Assembly: GCA_040383345.1 (NCBI GenBank)
Contig: JBEIDU010000004.1
Span: 2,635-66,634 of the forward strand
Direction of reading: 5' to 3'
From: Chitinophagales bacterium
GTDB taxonomy: Bacteria; Bacteroidota; Bacteroidia; Chitinophagales; JADJOU01
Length of the DNA stretch: 64,000 nucleotides
In this document: positions 61,701-64,000 of the stretch, piece by piece
Layout of the letters: the number at the start of each line of letters is the position of its first letter
Numbering within the stretch: position 1 is the first letter of the stretch
Notes under the pieces: generated by a model
Database searches by the model: none
What the model was told of the DNA's origin: nothing
What the model saw: only the letters and a program-made list of their open reading frames with translations
Translations under genes and position numbers: made by a program

Positions 61701-64000
61701 TCCTTCTATGTTTCAGGAAGTACCGCTTTATCTTATTTCACTACACCAAAAAACTTTAGTGATGGTGCAGCTACTGCAAATTATTCCAATGCAACTGGTT
61801 TTGTAAGATTTGACAATGTAAGTGGAAAATCATTGCGCTTGAAAACAGTTACAATGTATTCCGAACAGGCAGGTAGTGGTAATACTATTTCAATAACACA
61901 ATATGGAAGACCTGTTCCAGGCTGTTTACCTATTAATGTATCCTTTCCAAAACAAGGAAGAATAGATGTAGCTATTAATTGGGATGTTCCACCCGGGACA
62001 GATTATTTAATTACATATACAGGAACAACTCGATGTTTGCGATATACTGAAGTAAACTGGTTTGGCAAAGGTATTGGAAATAGAGTAGCAATAAAACAAC
62101 CGGCAGGTAATGATTTTAATTACAATTATTTCTTTAATATGGAGTTCAGGGATATGGGTTGTGAAACGGATCGTATTAAAGTAGATTTAAAAGTTAAGAA
62201 GTCCCCATTAGTCTCATTAAAAGATACGAATAGAATTTGTTCGTTCCCAGAATATAAAGTATGTGCACAAGCACCACCATCCGCTTCAGGAGATTCTTAT
62301 ACTTATAAATGGCATGACGGAAGTACCGATACATGTATTGTGGTTTCAGCTACAAACAAGTATAAAATTACGGTTACAAATCAATTTGGATGTGAATCGG
62401 TAGATTCAACAAGCATAATAGTAGATCCATCACCCGATTTAGATTTAGGAAATGATACTTTCTTCTGTAGTGGATTGAATCTAACATTGGATAGTAGACT
62501 AGATCCTACCAAAAATTCAATTATTTGGAGTAATGGAGCTAACTCAAAAACAACAACTGTAACACAAGCAGGAACATATTCTGCTATGGCATTTGATCTT
62601 GTCAATTTCTGTCCATCACAAGATACCGTAATTGTATCTATGGTTAATGCTCCTAGTATCAATCTTGGAAATGATAGAGTGTTCTGTGGTAATACCTCAA
62701 ATATTGCTACGGGAGTTAATTTAACTAATTTAACAGCTACTTGGGGAGGGCAAAAACCAATTTCTAACGGATTGATCTCTACTAAAGGAAATTGGAAGTA
62801 CTGGGTAGATGTAACTCATAATACTACAGGATGTAAAAATTCAGATTCAATATGGGCAAATCTTCAAAGTAATCCTTCAATTGATTTGGGGCCAGATATT
62901 AATTCTTGCGGCCCAAGTGAAGTCTTAAAAAATAATTTAACCAATACGGGTACCTATAATTATGTATGGAATACAACGGCCACAACCCCTACTTTAACCG
63001 TATCGCTTCCAGGTACATATAGAATGACAATGACCGATGCACTTTTTGGTTGTTCTTCTACAGATAGTGTAAAAGTATTGTTTAACGCTTTACCAGTATT
63101 TAATCTAGGCAATGATATAGAAGTTTGTCAGGATTCATTTGTTTTGACTGCGCCATTGATTGGAGCAAATTATACCTATAAATGGACAGGAGGCGCTACT
63201 ACATCATCACTTAATGTTAAAAATACAGGGGACTACTGTTTGACTATTTCTAATGGATGTCTGACCTATACAGATTGTATTAGAGTAAATTTAATGAAAA
63301 ATGCAAACATGTATTTTGATAGTTTACCAGATTTTAAGGTAGGATGTAATCAAGCTACCTTAATTGCTACGTCCAATTTGAGCAATAATAGAATCCGTTG
63401 GAGTACTGGGGCTACCACAAATTCAATCATTGTAAATCAATCCGGATCATACTCTGCTTCAATTAGTGGCGTTTGTGGTAATCTAACAAAATCTGTACGA
63501 GTTCAAATTGATAAGTCTCCATCAGCAGCATTCAATATTCAATTCCCAAATGTAGATGATAGTTTAACTATTTTATGTGTAAACTTAAGTTCAGTGGGTG
63601 CTAATTACTATTGGGAGTTTGGAGATACAAAAACAAGTACCGATTTTAATGCCGTTCATACCTATAGTAATGAAGGAAGTTATTTAGTTACATTAAGAGT
63701 GAAAAATGCTTGTGGTGAGAAGTCATTCTCACAGCCAACAGGTATATTGCGTAAGAAAACAATTGGAATAATTGAGAATTTAAAAGATTTAAATTTGAAT
63801 TTATATCCAAATCCTGCAAATGCTACTACTAAATTATTTGCATCGGGAATGCAAAATGGCAAATATAATATTTCTATGTCTAATATTTTGGGTCAGATTG
63901 TCTATACACAAGAAGTAGATATTAAGAATAATTTATTAGATATAAATATAAATGTCAAGTCTATTGCCGCAGGAGAATATTTGATTAATCTATTCAATGA
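55707..64000 (+). CDS. Giant (>2760 aa) T9SS-secreted adhesin-like protein, runs off the window end (not in ORF track): Ig-like repeats, three MAM/cleaved-adhesin-like domains, two F5/8 type C domains, CARDB, PKD, CTD
   Basis: ATG 55707 MKKQLLRIQLYIFSFIFIGNVNAQC; same frame gives LPWCEGF (57.8 kb), WLEVDLG (58.8 kb), LPYCEDW (59.2 kb), WEFGD (63.6 kb) and LYPNPA (63.8 kb). The ORF track shows no terminated plus-strand ORF here, consistent with an open frame to the end. Confidence 0.85.
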   Translation, partial: MKKQLLRIQLYIFSFIFIGNVNAQCPASVAADTAFIKNGVCNNGLITLGVTKNYSGPNVTYLWQESNDNGLSWGPAGSNVDTLNINPDRINQTPNVNNFIYRVRITCGTTVLVSTQLKFEFSSRNILFGNIKCTSVLGQKDSITMFLVRTGVFNDNAFVKNYRWMSTSTNGLFWGDLPTNKDTIVVPITNNIIQYRAHVSYCPLPANTSTFDAKAPLTPTVNVGLNGTNLFLSDKDCTADSARLSINGLNRDLLSKLNKVWYESNTANGPYTIMSGKTDTFLKVKVSKQNKYYKVILKPCPISIDSGVSSYFRFWTTLGPLTATLSCPAEEAVLDYLYRDSTKGVMSAIWSKYVGQGPKPFLNYNIPVDSIRHSVFINNNDTNTYRLVLKFCPNSIDTIDTSNQVIVGLQVSAGNTSINYRSCPDDSVVIKVLGQSFYSTLPIYSSWQIKNNTGGFVDYIGSYNKTDSLVVRMKMGLTEYKKSIMVCEGSNRTFSTSLSTSYLPNTIQFFKQNCVDSIEANVLNDTIKIIGSNGTQIKQGPFSYQWFVSPNQIAFGAMPGQVFQKIKIDNASSNLFYKRTIKICPLGTRTDTSDVSNILFNAPNSSNGKAEVISEVCLNRSISITVPNAITRTGTPIFLWQVSNDEINWTNMTTPTSNRDTLQDTARDYYLYYRRLTMWCDPANPLNIIIDSSKSVPVVYLQLLPWCEGFSSQVQFGANKLFNCFTRFSPACPLKGNFGAPANIHAVPSGGRTSSAMKHLPTPPPNPPGIKADMKLVLPAFKLDKGKVYRLSFWHKQDGSNMCWDSLYVTWGQQLDACSIDNRFGESLVRFSYDQWNRYWADFTPPSTGVYYFGIVYRDNDQTTGDFFIEDICIKEVQPCNLATPLPGTTFATAKIIDRPAEVPLYDKYRVTHQYCIGDTIMITYQDAIYGSDEKVNQFDYYGMKYQFYRKKFDPDFYVNDTFFRPLKNNANYQNDSFRNINVYFNTIRSSSSNRINNNAANSIENGPSAWAPITANDTSWLEVDLGSVQPVSSLRIYGNRVANEWVSSFKLEYFNGTNFVIADTLKGSINSKDTAVSEIDSTIRARRFRITPLSWVNYPAMRVEFLYDVRCFINRRDWHVTNILATDTNTFYKIVATCTLDGKEYHSDSLKINATHSLPYCEDWSGAGRMQNGNPHTNVERQASGTTNKVVFLDEVNRTASSFSGIFRPDSSTFIPTTTCWRPATNNLSEFLQINFPNVAPISGFQVRGNPNAAEWVTNFYLWKSDDGVNFVLVDSFAGNVNNTAVVNVTLTKAFGARAIRLSAKSFSGYPAIKVLPTYTVNRAFSKCPTCWATYGTGGVEGFWTATMPWGPLPPPATIDMPGAAAYASGTPPNIVVSADGMAANGRNNTKLLVMPPVRLYKGKGYRVSFKWADNITKLGTIGTLLTGQTTQDVDSLYIVASKGNFSQDNMNNFSRDKAIGVIFRDLQSNTIVTGSGRYRLYWADFEPNDTATYVFTIMARINNVNPDRYRFYMDGFCIDTMPVANPNDCSDSPVIASPLRIRVMPDGAKTFPFTVPDKEWCNGVDINVEIDFNSPNNNTAWKKGWRMMWERTTDNINWVATGDTSNQLKFRLSYKYQNFRLRLFNNCGKGQIIGPLDIFAPGGSLPWTDDMERYNGLPMQCWEHSANNITRVDLKTSPTNIYAKSAKCSNNYINHNYGATVASDIRNTEMSMMTPLIGLKRDTTYRVSFWYQDHGFSNIIDSVRLGWRLDRVTQVIDGDKRLPNILTNNDILKNYSTSKFKYYTAEIRPGSPTASFLPASRLDTGFNFIVKSHSNALYNYDIQFDDFEVKPKFTNDALVISIDSPVNACALSNNESVVATIMNLGFSQLSNVPVFCSVDGSPAVSAIIPGPIPSNGIATVRINGVDLSTPGIRNVKVWTNIANDQDRWDDTLCTTIIHEFRMPNPIDTGDTFCEYSNLQYAVNTIYKRAFWYKNFNDMYPFQENDTIRLSNFTRDTSFYVSGSTALSYFTTPKNFSDGAATANYSNATGFVRFDNVSGKSLRLKTVTMYSEQAGSGNTISITQYGRPVPGCLPINVSFPKQGRIDVAINWDVPPGTDYLITYTGTTRCLRYTEVNWFGKGIGNRVAIKQPAGNDFNYNYFFNMEFRDMGCETDRIKVDLKVKKSPLVSLKDTNRICSFPEYKVCAQAPPSASGDSYTYKWHDGSTDTCIVVSATNKYKITVTNQFGCESVDSTSIIVDPSPDLDLGNDTFFCSGLNLTLDSRLDPTKNSIIWSNGANSKTTTVTQAGTYSAMAFDLVNFCPSQDTVIVSMVNAPSINLGNDRVFCGNTSNIATGVNLTNLTATWGGQKPISNGLISTKGNWKYWVDVTHNTTGCKNSDSIWANLQSNPSIDLGPDINSCGPSEVLKNNLTNTGTYNYVWNTTATTPTLTVSLPGTYRMTMTDALFGCSSTDSVKVLFNALPVFNLGNDIEVCQDSFVLTAPLIGANYTYKWTGGATTSSLNVKNTGDYCLTISNGCLTYTDCIRVNLMKNANMYFDSLPDFKVGCNQATLIATSNLSNNRIRWSTGATTNSIIVNQSGSYSASISGVCGNLTKSVRVQIDKSPSAAFNIQFPNVDDSLTILCVNLSSVGANYYWEFGDTKTSTDFNAVHTYSNEGSYLVTLRVKNACGEKSFSQPTGILRKKTIGIIENLKDLNLNLYPNPANATTKLFASGMQNGKYNISMSNILGQIVYTQEVDIKNNLLDININVKSIAAGEYLINLFN

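Noticed and set aside
56306-63862. Short minus-strand ORFs suggesting a non-coding or pseudogene region
   Set aside because: The region is covered by one long plus-strand frame from 55707 that lacks a stop within the window.

Overview
AT-rich chromosomal segment from a Bacteroidota bacterium. The assignment rests on TAnnTTTG promoters, T9SS cargo proteins, gldA/gldF and HmuY-like genes. Housekeeping content: pyrH, ribBA, rimP-nusA-infB, holA, dnaB, folB, manC, mlaD, an lptA/ostA-like gene, tRNA-Arg(TCG) and tRNA-His(GTG). Accessory content: two GT-C membrane glycosyltransferases plus a GT2; a CbbR/CmpR-like LysR gene divergent from a DUF6671-Sua5-dihydroorotase operon; a truncated ars operon; a TonB-dependent receptor flanked by two HmuY-like proteins; a PorV-like/C25 (PorU2-like) pair; and two giant T9SS adhesin-like genes, the second running off the window end and absent from the ORF track. 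The best candidate for an undescribed system is the LysR/DUF6671/Sua5/PyrC locus. Its dihydroorotase appears to have replaced the CO2-carbamylated lysine with an Asp motif (CGISDDG), which suggests a low-CO2 adaptation regulon in a heterotroph. Other notable signals are a DnaA-box cluster upstream of dnaB, heptamer repeat arrays after stop codons at 30.8-33.9 kb, and discoidin domains nested inside other domains of the giant adhesin. All family assignments come from motif recognition by eye; no database searches were run.
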